From: Nitrospirota bacterium
GTDB lineage: Bacteria; Nitrospirota; JACRHJ01
Direction: 5' to 3'
Length of the DNA stretch: 64,000 bases
NCBI GenBank assembly: GCA_021789495.1
Contig: JAJYJM010000007.1
Location: 10,230 to 74,229, forward strand
Positions 53,313-62,486 of this stretch are shown in pieces. The notes under the pieces were generated by a model. That model was not told where the DNA came from and ran no database searches. It saw only the letters and a list, made by a program, of their open reading frames with translations. Within the stretch, counting starts at the first letter, position 1. Every line of letters starts with the position of its first letter. Made by a program: the position numbers and the translations under genes.

Positions 53313-54800
53313 TTATTCTCCAGGGCTTACCGGGAGCCACAGCTCCGAACCCTGCCTGTTTATAAGCAGAAGCACGGCGGCGTTCTTCTTCAGTTTCCCG
53401 ACCCGGGCATTATAATTCTTTACGTTCTTTATGGTACTTCTGTCTATCTCGGTTATAACGTCGCCTCTCTGGAGGCCGGATTCCTCAGCCACGCTCCCCG
53501 GCCTTACGGAGACGACCGCAACGCCGGTCGCGTCGGACGAAAGCCCAAGCTTGCTTATAAGTTCAGGCGTGAGGTCTTCGACGCTGACTCCTGAGAGAAC
53601 CGTGCTCTTGCCCGCTTCCTCCGGCTTGCCTGCCGCCGCCTCTTCCTTCTTGGGCAGTTCGCCGACGGTCACGGTAATGGTCTCTTTTTTCTTGTCCCGT
53701 ATAATACCGACTTTCACCTTGCTCCCGACGGCGGTCGATGCCGTAAGATTCCTCAGGTGTCCGGAATCCTCCACCTTCCGACCGTTGAATTCCTCGATTA
53801 CGTCGCCCGGCTTGAAGCCCGCCTTCCGGGCCGGGCTGCCCTTGACAACCTCCCCTACAAGCGCGCCTTCGCCCACCGGGACTCCGAACTGCTTTGCCAG
53901 TTCAGGCGTTACGTCCTGCACGGAGACGCCCAGGTAGCCCCTTATGACCTTGCCGGTCTTGATGAGGCTTTCCATGACCTGTTTGGCCATGTCGGACGGC
54001 ACGGCGAAACCTATGCCCTGGTAGCCGCCCGTGCGCGAGTAAATGGCGGTATTGATGCCGACCAGCTCACCCTTAACGTTCACGAGCGCCCCGCCGGAGT
54101 TGCCGGGGTTGATCGCGGCGTCCGTCTGGATGAAGTCCTCGTAGTCCTCGATACCGACGTTTGCGCGTCCGACGGCGGAGATTATCCCCATCGTCACGGA
54201 CTGCGTAAGGCCGAACGGCGAACCTACCGCCATGACCATCTCTCCCGGCCTCAGCTTGTCGGAATTGCCCCAGGTTATGGCAGGGAGGTCTTTCGCGGGG
54301 ATTTTAATCACGGCCACGTCGCTCCTGGAATCCGCGCCGACTACCTTGGCCTTGAACTCGCGCTTGTCCGCAAGGACGACCCTTATCTCGTTTGCGCCCG
54401 CGATTACATGATTGTTGGTGATGATATAGCCGTCCGAGGAGACGATTACGCCGGAACCCAGGCTCCGCTCCTTATACTTATATTCCCGCCCCTCAGGCTC
54501 GTTCGGCTCTCCGAAAAACTTCCTGAAGAACGGGTCCTCGAAGAACGGGTACATCGGGTTTTCTTCCTTGACTGTCTTGGTCGTGGAGATATTTACCACC
54601 GTGGGCGTAACCTGCGCGGCGACGTCCGCCAGGGCGTCCGACATCCGGACGAGGGCCGGAGACGCCTTGAAGGGCTTTTCCTTCTGCGCCCTGCTCAGGT
54701 TCATTATACCGAGACGCGACGAGACTATGAGGCCGGAAACTACGCCGACGGCAACCAGCACGACCACCCACACCCACGTCAACAGTTTTTTGCGGTTCAT
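53313..54800 (-). CDS. htrA: DegP/HtrA-family periplasmic serine protease with two PDZ domains
   Basis: Catalytic H, D, GNSGG motifs; N-terminal TM anchor. Confidence 0.9.
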   Translation of the reverse strand: MNRKKLLTWVWVVVLVAVGVVSGLIVSSRLGIMNLSRAQKEKPFKASPALVRMSDALADVAAQVTPTVVNISTTKTVKEENPMYPFFEDPFFRKFFGEPNEPEGREYKYKERSLGSGVIVSSDGYIITNNHVIAGANEIRVVLADKREFKAKVVGADSRSDVAVIKIPAKDLPAITWGNSDKLRPGEMVMAVGSPFGLTQSVTMGIISAVGRANVGIEDYEDFIQTDAAINPGNSGGALVNVKGELVGINTAIYSRTGGYQGIGFAVPSDMAKQVMESLIKTGKVIRGYLGVSVQDVTPELAKQFGVPVGEGALVGEVVKGSPARKAGFKPGDVIEEFNGRKVEDSGHLRNLTASTAVGSKVKVGIIRDKKKETITVTVGELPKKEEAAAGKPEEAGKSTVLSGVSVEDLTPELISKLGLSSDATGVAVVSVRPGSVAEESGLQRGDVITEIDRSTIKNVKNYNARVGKLKKNAAVLLLINRQGSELWLPVSPGE

Positions 54801-54875
54801 TTTGGAATTACCTCCCGAATCGTTTCTACAAAATTATAACACCCGCTTACCCGGAAGTAAATAAGTTATTGAGTT

Positions 54876-55409
54876 TTACGGAGATTCCGCCCTCGGAGGC
54901 CGCACCCTGAACACCCCGCAGAGGTTCCTGTGACGCCCGTCCAGGTCGAGACCGTAGCCCACGAGGAAGTGGTCGTCCACCGGGAAACCGGTATAGTCCG
55001 GGTTTATTTCCGCTTTCCTTCCGGCGCGCTTGTCCAGGAGTGCGCAGACCTTCAACGTCTTCGGATTTTCGGCCATAAGCCTTTGAATAATAAAGTTTAA
55101 AGTCAGCCCGGTATCCACAATATCCTCCACTATCAGCACGTCTTTCCCCTTTATATCCGCCCTCGGCCAGCACTCCACCTTTACTTCTCCGGAACTCTCG
55201 GTGGAAGAGTAGCTCCTCACCTTCAGGAAATCCACCTCCACGGGCGCCGTAAGTTCCCGGATTAAATCGGAAAAGAAGATAAACGAGCCGTTCAGGACGC
55301 ACAAGGCGAGTATCCCCCGGCCGGCATAATCCCGGTTGATTTCCGCCCCCAGACGCCTCACGGCCTCCGAAATCTCACCGGGAGAAATCACCTCCGATAG
55401 CTCTTCCAT
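54876..55409 (-). CDS. hpt: Hypoxanthine-guanine phosphoribosyltransferase
   Basis: …VLIVEDIVDTGLTL… PRPP-binding motif. Confidence 0.9.
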   Translation of the reverse strand: MEELSEVISPGEISEAVRRLGAEINRDYAGRGILALCVLNGSFIFFSDLIRELTAPVEVDFLKVRSYSSTESSGEVKVECWPRADIKGKDVLIVEDIVDTGLTLNFIIQRLMAENPKTLKVCALLDKRAGRKAEINPDYTGFPVDDHFLVGYGLDLDGRHRNLCGVFRVRPPRAESP

Positions 55410-55518
55410 ACCTCAGCCTGCCGGGCCTCGATTTAAAGAATGGACGCGAACGTAGTCCTGTCCAAATAAATTACCACCATGATTTTCAAGAGTCAAGAAA
55501 AGCGAGATTTCCGGAGAG

Positions 55519-55755
55519 CTATTTCTTGTGGCAGCCGGTGCAGCGAGGGTCAGAGGACATCTGCTCCTTGACGCCGCCGGGGAACTTCTTCTGGAACGGC
55601 CCGTGGCACTTGGGGCAGTCCTTGAACCCAAGGGCTTGGTGCATCAGGACCATCTTCGGATTTTTGCTGTGGCAGGAGTTGCAGGCGACGGACGCCGACG
55701 GGAAAAACATGGCGGAAATGACCAGCGCGAAATATAAAATCCTGTTCCGACTCAT
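55519..55755 (-). CDS. Small periplasmic triheme c-type cytochrome (cytochrome c7-like)
   Basis: Signal peptide (internal ATG at 55755, MSRNRILYFALVISAMFFPSASVA), then CNSCH, CPKCH, CTGCH and a C-terminal ...CHKK. Confidence 0.75.
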   Translation of the reverse strand: MSRNRILYFALVISAMFFPSASVACNSCHSKNPKMVLMHQALGFKDCPKCHGPFQKKFPGGVKEQMSSDPRCTGCHKK

Positions 55756-55872
55756 ACGCGAATTACAGAAAGCCTCTATGTTTTTATAAGCTTCCTGCCC
55801 GCGTTTGTCAATCATAATTATTATGCTCTAATTTATTGACTTCCCCCCGCAAAAAAGTTATAAATCCCCACT

Positions 55873-56781
55873 ATGGAATTATTTCTGGAGCAGATAATCA
55901 ACGGCCTCACGGTGGGTGCGGTATACGCCCTCATCGCGCTCGGATACACGATGGTCTACGGCATCCTTGAGCTTATCAACTTCGCGCACGGCGAGATATA
56001 CATGCTTGGGGCATACCTGGGGATTATCCTGCTTGGCGTCCTTACAGCCACGGGCGTTACGGCGATGAGCCTCCCGCTCTCAATAATCATCACGATAATC
56101 GCCGCCGGAGTAATCTGCGCGGCATACGGCGCGACAATGGAGAAGATAGCATACCGCCCGCTCCGCAACGCCCCGCGACTGGCGCCGCTCATCTCCGCTA
56201 TGGGCATGTCGATATTCCTGCAGAACTACGTCATGCTCACGCAGGGCCCGAACGACAAGGTCTACCCGCAGACGATACCGGTTACCACGTTTACGTTCAT
56301 GGGCGCGGACGTAACGTATATACAGTTATTCATAATCGCCGCGTCCGTAATCCTCATGGCAGCCCTGCATTTCTTCATTATGAAGACGAAGATGGGCAAG
56401 GCCATGCGCGCGACGGCTCTCGACAAGAAGGCCGCCGGCCTGATGGGCATAAACATAGACTCGGTCATATCCGTGACGTTTATCCTCGGATCGTTCCTTG
56501 CGGCTGTGGCGGGGGTGATGGTGGGGATATACTACGGCGTCGTGAACTTCTACATAGGCTACCTCGCGGGCATGAAGGCGTTCACGGCGGCTGTCCTGGG
56601 CGGCATCGGGAACATACCCGGCGCGATGCTCGGCGGATTTGTCCTGGGAATCCTGGAAAGCCTCGGCGCGGGGTATCTCTGGCCGGAATACAAGGACGCG
56701 TTCGCGTTCCTGGTGCTGGTATTGATACTCATCATCCGCCCGCAGGGCCTGCTTGGCGAGCGGATGCCGGACAAGGTATAG
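55873..56781 (+). CDS. livH: Branched-chain amino acid ABC transporter permease (LivH family)
   Basis: 302-aa 8-TM LivH-like. Confidence 0.9.
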   Translation: MELFLEQIINGLTVGAVYALIALGYTMVYGILELINFAHGEIYMLGAYLGIILLGVLTATGVTAMSLPLSIIITIIAAGVICAAYGATMEKIAYRPLRNAPRLAPLISAMGMSIFLQNYVMLTQGPNDKVYPQTIPVTTFTFMGADVTYIQLFIIAASVILMAALHFFIMKTKMGKAMRATALDKKAAGLMGINIDSVISVTFILGSFLAAVAGVMVGIYYGVVNFYIGYLAGMKAFTAAVLGGIGNIPGAMLGGFVLGILESLGAGYLWPEYKDAFAFLVLVLILIIRPQGLLGERMPDKV

Positions 56782-56802
56782 AAGGCATGAACAGGAAAGT
56801 CG

Positions 56803-56830
56803 CTGGATTCCCGCTTTCGCGGGTACGACG
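56803..56830. repeat. dRS3-like palindromic element (variant core ATTCCCGCTTTCGCGGGTAC) in the livH-livM spacer
   Basis: GCTGGATTCCCGCTTTCGCGGGTACGACG. Confidence 0.8.
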
Positions 56831-56862
56831 AACTTTTTCCCCTCGCCCCTTGCGGGAGAGGG

Positions 56863-58044
56863 TTGGGAGAGGGGGATATTATTAAAAATCCCTATATCAA
56901 GTGCCTGCTCGCGGGAATATGGATCGGCCTGCTGACCATTCCGTTCGCGGGAATTGTCCGGGCCGCGTATATCGCGGGCGCGGTGGCGGGCGCGTCGGTC
57001 GCCGTTACGTTCCTTACGGGCCTTAGGCGCACAGGAGTTATAAAAATCCCGCCGCAGGGCGCGCTTATCGAACGTGTCGAGCGGCTGTATGTCCGAGGCC
57101 GGTCTACCGGCGGCCCGAAAAAAATCATCGCAATTGCAATACTCCTTGTTGCGCTCTCTGCGTTTCCGTTTATCGCAGACCGCTACGCGCTCGACCTGGC
57201 AAGCCAGACCGGGATATACATCGTCCTTGCGCTCGGGCTTAATATCGTCGTCGGGCAGACCGGGCTTCTCGTGCTCGGATACGTCGCGTTCTATGCCGTC
57301 GGGGCGTATACCTACGCCATCCTCTCCACAGGGCATCTTATAAACTTCTGGGCCGCGCTTCCCGTGGCCGCGTTCATGGCGGGGATATTCGGCCTTATAC
57401 TCGGCGCGCCGACCTTACGGCTCCGGGGAGATTACCTCGCCATCGTAACGCTCGGCTTCGGGGAGATTACCCGGATAGTCCTGAACAACTGGGACAAGCT
57501 TACAGGTGGCCCGAACGGAATCGCGGACATACCGAGGCCGCGCATAGGGTCGTTCGAGTTCACCCTCACATACTTCTATTACCTCGTCCTTGTATTCGTC
57601 GTGCTGACGGTGATATTCGCGGGCAGGCTGAACAACTCGCGCATCGGACGGGCCTGGATTGCCATACGCGAGGACGAGACGGCGGCGGAGGCGATGGGCG
57701 TGAACACGACATGGCTTAAGCTCCTGTCCTTCGCGCTCGGGGCGGCGCTCGCCGGGCTGGCGGGGGTATTCTACACGGCAAAGATGGGGTTCGTAAGCCC
57801 GGAGAGCTTCAATTTCCTGGAGTCCGTTATCATCCTCTGTATGGTCGTCTTGGGCGGGATGGGGAGCATCCCCGGCGTCATACTGGGCGCGGCAATACTC
57901 TACATCCTGCCGGAGGCGCTAAGGGAGTTCGCGCAGTTCAGGATGCTGATATTCGGCGGCTCGCTCGTCGCGCTTATGGTCTTCAGGCCGCAGGGAATTA
58001 TCGGGACTAAAAGAAGGGGCGTGGAGATGAGAGCCCTGAAATAA
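56863..58044 (+). CDS. livM: Branched-chain amino acid ABC transporter permease (LivM family)
   Basis: Multi-TM LivM-like; the ORF starts at a TTG immediately after the repeat; true start uncertain. Confidence 0.8.
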   Translation: MGEGDIIKNPYIKCLLAGIWIGLLTIPFAGIVRAAYIAGAVAGASVAVTFLTGLRRTGVIKIPPQGALIERVERLYVRGRSTGGPKKIIAIAILLVALSAFPFIADRYALDLASQTGIYIVLALGLNIVVGQTGLLVLGYVAFYAVGAYTYAILSTGHLINFWAALPVAAFMAGIFGLILGAPTLRLRGDYLAIVTLGFGEITRIVLNNWDKLTGGPNGIADIPRPRIGSFEFTLTYFYYLVLVFVVLTVIFAGRLNNSRIGRAWIAIREDETAAEAMGVNTTWLKLLSFALGAALAGLAGVFYTAKMGFVSPESFNFLESVIILCMVVLGGMGSIPGVILGAAILYILPEALREFAQFRMLIFGGSLVALMVFRPQGIIGTKRRGVEMRALK

Positions 58045-58050
58045 AAAATG

Positions 58051-58079
58051 TTGACCTTTCAAGAGACTTATCATATAAT
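58051..58079 (+). promoter_or_regulatory. Near-consensus sigma-70 promoter (TTGACC-17-TATAAT) at the edge of an AT-rich islet
   Basis: Read directly; it points into a roughly 225-nt region that ends at the 58274-58310 terminator. Confidence 0.55.
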
Positions 58080-58163
58080 ATTTACATCGTGGTCGATTTG
58101 GTTTTCTACCGTCAATAACGATAATTCGGAGGTATTATGAATTAGGAAGGACGAGAAATTTTA

Positions 58164-58253
58164 GTGCAATTTAGTAACGAATCTCTTGAGTTTTTACGTA
58201 TTGTATCGCATTTTCTTGTTGAAATTTTGTTCTTTAATTTGAAGCATTAAAAA
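58164..58253 (+). other. Hypothetical 29-codon GTG-initiated small ORF (VQFSNESLEFLRIVSHFLVEILFFNLKH) inside the promoter-to-terminator transcript; alternatively a non-coding sRNA
   Basis: AGGAAGG about 13 nt upstream of the GTG; hydrophobic peptide; no homolog recognised. Confidence 0.2.
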
Positions 58254-58273
58254 AATAATTTGAATCGGCAAAT

Positions 58274-58310
58274 AAAAACGACACCGGTTAAGGGGGTGTC
58301 GTTTTTATTT
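58274..58310. terminator. Bidirectional intrinsic terminator (ACGACACC-GGTTAAGG-GGTGTCGT with A5 upstream and T5ATTTT downstream)
   Basis: 8-bp stem; terminates the convergent relE/parE gene and the plus-strand small transcript. Confidence 0.8.
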
Positions 58311-58589
58311 TAGATTCCTTCTTCCGTGAATCACTCCGAGGATGACTACATTGGATTCTTCAATTTTATACATCAGCCGGTATTCTTTTACAAAAAGTTC
58401 CCGCACATCTTTATCCCCAAATTCCGGGACAACCCGGCCTCTTTCGGCAAAATTTCTTAAAGATCGACCGGCATCAATTATTTCCCGCACGAATGATGCG
58501 GCATAGAATTCAGAATCTTTCGTGATGTAGTCGGCTATATCTGTAAGGTCGGTAGCGGCTTCATGTGACCAGACTACCTTCCGAGCCAT
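58305..58589 (-). CDS. RelE/ParE-family type II toxin
   Basis: 94 aa, MARKVVWSHEAATDLTDIADYI...; ATG start verified; 16-nt overlap with the upstream antitoxin gene. Confidence 0.8.
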   Translation of the reverse strand: MARKVVWSHEAATDLTDIADYITKDSEFYAASFVREIIDAGRSLRNFAERGRVVPEFGDKDVRELFVKEYRLMYKIEESNVVILGVIHGRRNLK

Positions 58590-58771
58590 TTGGCCACCCT
58601 TTGCTCAACTTCATCCTGCGAATAGACTTTTCCCTCGCTCGCATCCTTCATGCCCCGTTCAAGCTTCTGTATAACAAAAAGGTGATACTGAATGTCTTCC
58701 AAGGTGCATTCATCAGGAAGATTCGTAAGGAGCTTGCTTACTTCCTCTTTTGCAGTCTGCATATTAACCAT
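58574..58771 (-). CDS. Putative antitoxin partner of the RelE/ParE toxin
   Basis: 65 aa from the ATG that follows a GGAGG SD (MVNMQTAKEEV…RVAKWLGR); the family is not firmly assigned. Confidence 0.55.
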   Translation of the reverse strand: MVNMQTAKEEVSKLLTNLPDECTLEDIQYHLFVIQKLERGMKDASEGKVYSQDEVEQRVAKWLGR

Positions 58772-58839
58772 ACCTCCATAAGAAACTACCACAAGTATAT
58801 CATGTTATATAACATTAAAAAAATCAACTGCATATTCCG

Positions 58840-59952
58840 CTATTCGTATTCCCGCCCTACACGTTTGCTGACGCCGCAAAGCACCTCGTATGAGATGGTT
58901 CCGAGGAGTTTTGCCACTTCTTCGGCGGTGATTTCCTCGTCGCCCTGACGCCCGATTATCACTGCTTCGTCAAGGACTTGCGCGCCGGGAACGCCGGTTA
59001 CGTCCACCATCGTCATGTCCATGCAAACCGTGCCGACAATTGGGCAGTGCTTTCCGCCGATGAGGACGGAGCCGCGATTGCTTAGTCCGCGACTCAGGCC
59101 GTCAGCGTAACCTATCGGTAACGTCGCGATAATACTCTCTTTTTCCGTGTAGAACGTCCGCCCGTAGCTTATCGGCGTGCCGGGGCCGACGGTTTTGATG
59201 TGCATTATCCTCGTCCTTACGCTCATCACGGGCTTTAAACGAACCAAATCCCTTGTGTTTTCGGATGGATAGCAGCCGTAAAGCATTATGCCTGGGCGCA
59301 CCATGTTGAAATGCGCGGCGGCGAAATCTATCACGGCGGCGCTCCCGGAGGCGTGCGAAACTGGAACTTCATGGCCCTCTTCTCTGAGGCGCTTCATTAC
59401 CGTCTTGAAACGCTCCACCTGCAATTCCGCGAAAGATTTATCTTTTTCTGCCACGTCGGAGAGGTGCGTCATAAGGCCCATGACCTTGATTCCCGGCATC
59501 TTCGAGATCGACAGGACAAAATCCACCGAGTCCTCCGGCGTAATCCCCACGCGGCCCATCCCGGTGTCGATCTTGACATGCACCGGCAGGATTTTCCCTG
59601 CATTTACAGCCGCTTGCGAGAACGCCTCCGCCTGGACGGTGGTATATACCGCAGGGGTCAGGTCATACTCGAGCAGCTCGTCCGCCTGGGTCTCGAACAC
59701 GCCGCCCAGGACAAGTATCTCATTGTTTATATTGGCTTTTCTGAGTTCCGCGCCCTCCTCGACCAGCGCGACGCCAAGCATGTCCACGCCTCCCTTGACA
59801 AGCGCCTTTGCGCACTGCACCGCGCCGTGTCCGTAGGCGTCCGCCTTCACGATTCCCAATATTTTCCGGCCACTTGCGCACCTTCGCACCTCGGAGAGGT
59901 TATGCGCCAGCGCGGATAAATCTATGTATGCGTATGTCGGACGACCCGTCAT
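58840..59952 (-). CDS. alr: Alanine racemase
   Basis: Internal ATG gives MTGRPTYAYIDLSAL…GIVKADAYGHG… (PLP lysine motif). Confidence 0.9.
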   Translation of the reverse strand: MTGRPTYAYIDLSALAHNLSEVRRCASGRKILGIVKADAYGHGAVQCAKALVKGGVDMLGVALVEEGAELRKANINNEILVLGGVFETQADELLEYDLTPAVYTTVQAEAFSQAAVNAGKILPVHVKIDTGMGRVGITPEDSVDFVLSISKMPGIKVMGLMTHLSDVAEKDKSFAELQVERFKTVMKRLREEGHEVPVSHASGSAAVIDFAAAHFNMVRPGIMLYGCYPSENTRDLVRLKPVMSVRTRIMHIKTVGPGTPISYGRTFYTEKESIIATLPIGYADGLSRGLSNRGSVLIGGKHCPIVGTVCMDMTMVDVTGVPGAQVLDEAVIIGRQGDEEITAEEVAKLLGTISYEVLCGVSKRVGREYE

Positions 59953-60056
59953 TTTTCCGTCTCCCTGCCCCCTGTAAACTGCCCCCAAACCTCGCTCCGG
60001 AACCCCCAAAAGCGTCCACGGCGAATCCGTAAAAGCCCCGATTCCAAAATCAGGTA

Positions 60057-60100
60057 CACATCCCTATTTTTTCATTTAGCGCGCCATTTTGAAAATAGAG
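60057..60100. repeat. Copy 1 of an approximately 45-bp direct repeat (upstream of alr)
   Basis: CACATCCCTATTTTTTCATTTAGCGCGCCATTTTGAAAATAG versus the 60498 copy CACATCCCATATTTCTCATTCAGCGGGCCTTGTTGAAAATCA. Confidence 0.7.
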
Positions 60101-60125
60101 ATGCGGCACAATTTTCTAAAATCTC

Positions 60126-60464
60126 TTACGTTGGGTGAGAGGCTCCGCCGGTCGGCACATTTAATGGAATAGGGCTCGGTTCGGTCTTGTCGTGCCCGGC
60201 GTCTTGATGAAGACAGCCGTCGTGCCCGCATTCACAGGAACTTCTCCGGAATAAATGACCGATAAATCGGATGCCTGCCCTGAAATTAATCCCCAACGCG
60301 AAAAACCCGCCGACTATCGCCGAAATACCAAAATTGGCAGGACATATTTGCTTGCCGCAAAACGGACACACCGAGGACATGGTGTAAATGGTGGATGTTG
60401 TGAACCAGTACCTCAGCGTGTTGTTCCGGTACAACTTATGCAGTTTTTGTTTTAAACCTTTCAT
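60126..60464 (-). CDS. Small hypothetical membrane protein with an N-terminal CPxCG zinc-ribbon-like motif (DUF2752-like?)
   Basis: The internal ATG gives MKGLKQKLHKLY…CPFCGKQ… plus hydrophobic segments; family assignment tentative. Confidence 0.35.
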   Translation of the reverse strand: MKGLKQKLHKLYRNNTLRYWFTTSTIYTMSSVCPFCGKQICPANFGISAIVGGFFALGINFRAGIRFIGHLFRRSSCECGHDGCLHQDAGHDKTEPSPIPLNVPTGGASHPT

Positions 60465-60497
60465 CTTATCCCTTTCCAAAAATCGATAAATCAGCGA

Positions 60498-60539
60498 CAC
60501 ATCCCATATTTCTCATTCAGCGGGCCTTGTTGAAAATCA
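60498..60539. repeat. Copy 2 of the approximately 45-bp direct repeat (upstream of the small CPxCG gene)
   Basis: See copy 1; the two copies are 441 bp apart. Confidence 0.7.
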
Positions 60540-60869
60540 CCGGTTGACACATCTTTTTATTTTTCCCGTCCTTTCATAGAAAACCGCTCCCACTCGCTCT
60601 ATGTGCTCCAGCAGGTCGGGATTGGATATACTCTCGAAAATCGACAGGTCTATATGATACGGCAGGAGCAGGTCGTCCAGCTCGTTGTCTATCCTGAGCA
60701 GGGTCTTATGCGTCAGAGCGGAACCGATGAGCGTCAGGTCTATGTCTGAGCCTCTCTTGAAATTGCCCTTCGCGCGCGAGCCGTAGAGGATTGCCTTCTC
60801 GACTTCCGGAAAGCGGGACAGGACGGCGCCTATCTTCTCTATCGTCTCATCCTTCAGGCCGAACCTCAT
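60537..60869 (-). CDS. Minimal nucleotidyltransferase (MNT, Pol-beta superfamily; HI0073-like)
   Basis: …ILYGSRAKGNFKRGSDIDLTLIG… (GS…DxD). Confidence 0.8.
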   Translation of the reverse strand: MRFGLKDETIEKIGAVLSRFPEVEKAILYGSRAKGNFKRGSDIDLTLIGSALTHKTLLRIDNELDDLLLPYHIDLSIFESISNPDLLEHIERVGAVFYERTGKIKRCVNR

Positions 60870-61285
60870 GCGGATTCTTCCTTTTCCTTCAGCGGCTCCA
60901 ATTTTTTTTGCAGCTTGACGAATTCATTATAATATACGGTCTTTATAGCAAGGGCTATTTCGTCCGCGGTTTCCTCGTTATAGGTGTGGGTGGTCAACGC
61001 CCTGCTTTTAATCATATCCATCCAGGCTTCGCCTTCTTCTATCAACCCTCGCCTGAACGCCAGACGGAATGCGTCCCGGCTGCCATAGATATTGGTTTCG
61101 CCCCGGGCTTCCAAAAAATCCTTGAGCGTATTCCACGCAAGCTCATAGTTATATTCAAACGCCTGAATCAGACCCTGTTCTTCGAGCTCGCTCAACTCGC
61201 CTTTTTCGATGAACTTGGCAAGCTGTTCCAGGGCCTTGGAGAAATTATTGAACCGATGTATCCAACGTATGTCCTTTGCGGTCAT
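60866..61285 (-). CDS. HI0074-family nucleotidyltransferase substrate-binding (HEPN-like) protein
   Basis: 139-aa helical protein, ATGA-coupled to the MNT gene; AAGGAG SD 8 nt upstream of the ATG. Confidence 0.7.
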   Translation of the reverse strand: MTAKDIRWIHRFNNFSKALEQLAKFIEKGELSELEEQGLIQAFEYNYELAWNTLKDFLEARGETNIYGSRDAFRLAFRRGLIEEGEAWMDMIKSRALTTHTYNEETADEIALAIKTVYYNEFVKLQKKLEPLKEKEESA

Positions 61286-61394
61286 TCGAGCAATCTCCTT
61301 TTATATTATCCGTAACGGACTTTAGATTCGGCCATTTAATTTACTACTTCCCTGCCGAATCCGCAACAAAATTCCGATTATCCCTTCAATTTTA

Positions 61395-61423
61395 TTGACT
61401 TTACAAGGCGTTCCACGTAGACT
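61395..61423 (+). promoter_or_regulatory. Candidate sigma-70 promoter (TTGACT-17-TAGACT) ending 7 nt before the ATG at 61431 (possible leaderless start)
   Basis: Hexamers read directly. Confidence 0.4.
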
Positions 61424-61430
61424 TCTCCGG

Positions 61431-62486
61431 ATGGGAAAAATTGGATTTACCACCACCGTCCCCGTGGAAGTTATCCTCGCCGCGGGGCTTACTCCGGCAG
61501 ACTTAAACAACATCTTCATAACCCGGGACGACCCAGGCGATGTCGTTGACCGCGCCGAGGCGCTCGGTTTCCCCCGGACGACCTGCGGCTGGATCAAGGG
61601 CATATACCTGTGCGCAAAGGAAGCGGGGATAAATAAAATAGTCTCCGTAACCCAGGGAGACTGCTCGAATACCCACGCCCTGATGGAGCTCTGGCAGGCG
61701 GACGGGATGAATATCATGCCGTTCGCATATCCTTACGACCGGGACAGGGACCTGCTTAAACTCCAGGTGCGAAAGCTCATGGACGCGCTTGGGACGAGCG
61801 AGGAGAAAACCAAGAAGGTCTTTCGCGGGCTTGTTCCGCTAAGAAAGAAACTTAAGCGCGTAGACGATATGACATGGAAGGACGGCAGGGTCACGGGCGC
61901 CGAGAACCACCTCTGGCTTGTGTCCGCGAGCGATTTCGACGGCGACAGGGAGAACTTCGAGGCGCGGCTGGACAGGTTCCTGGCGGAGGCCGAAAAGCGG
62001 GAAAGCCGGAGCCCGATGGGGCGCGACGCCCTCGGCGCGCCGAAAGAGAGCGGTTCGCCCAGGGGTCGAACCCTGCGAAAGCCGCCGTCTGTAAGGCTCG
62101 GATACATAGGCGTGCCGCCGATATTTTCAGACCTCTACGAAACGGTCGAGCGGGCAGGCGCGCGCGTGGTATTCAACGAGGTGCAGAGGCAGTTTTCCAT
62201 GCTGCACGATACGGGCGATTTATACGAGCAGTATGCCAGGTACACATACCCCTACGACGTCTTCGGACGCATCCGGGACATTGCCAGGCAGATAAAACTC
62301 CGGCGCATCGACGGCATAATACACTACTGCCAGAGCTTCTGTTTCCGGGCGATAGAAGACCTCATCATCAGGCGGGAACTGAAGCTCCCCGTGCTGACAA
62401 TCGAAGGCGACAGGCCGGGACCAGTGGACGCCAGGACGCGCATCCGGCTGGAAGGATTCGTCGAGATGCTTGGGGATATGAAATGA
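61431..62486 (+). CDS. 2-hydroxyacyl-CoA dehydratase-family protein (HgdB/HadC D-component-like)
   Basis: The ATG at 61431 gives MGKIGFTTTVPVEVILAAG…; C-terminal …YCQSFCFRAIEDLIIRRELKLPVLTIEGDRPGPVDARTRIRLEGFVEML; the TTG start at 61395 is the alternative. Confidence 0.7.
   Translation: MGKIGFTTTVPVEVILAAGLTPADLNNIFITRDDPGDVVDRAEALGFPRTTCGWIKGIYLCAKEAGINKIVSVTQGDCSNTHALMELWQADGMNIMPFAYPYDRDRDLLKLQVRKLMDALGTSEEKTKKVFRGLVPLRKKLKRVDDMTWKDGRVTGAENHLWLVSASDFDGDRENFEARLDRFLAEAEKRESRSPMGRDALGAPKESGSPRGRTLRKPPSVRLGYIGVPPIFSDLYETVERAGARVVFNEVQRQFSMLHDTGDLYEQYARYTYPYDVFGRIRDIARQIKLRRIDGIIHYCQSFCFRAIEDLIIRRELKLPVLTIEGDRPGPVDARTRIRLEGFVEMLGDMK

Noticed and set aside
60126-60500. Assigning the 112-124-aa Cys-motif ORF to a defined toxin family
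   Set aside because: Only a CPxCG motif and hydrophobic segments are visible. Without a profile search the DUF2752-like label is tentative, so it is reported as hypothetical.
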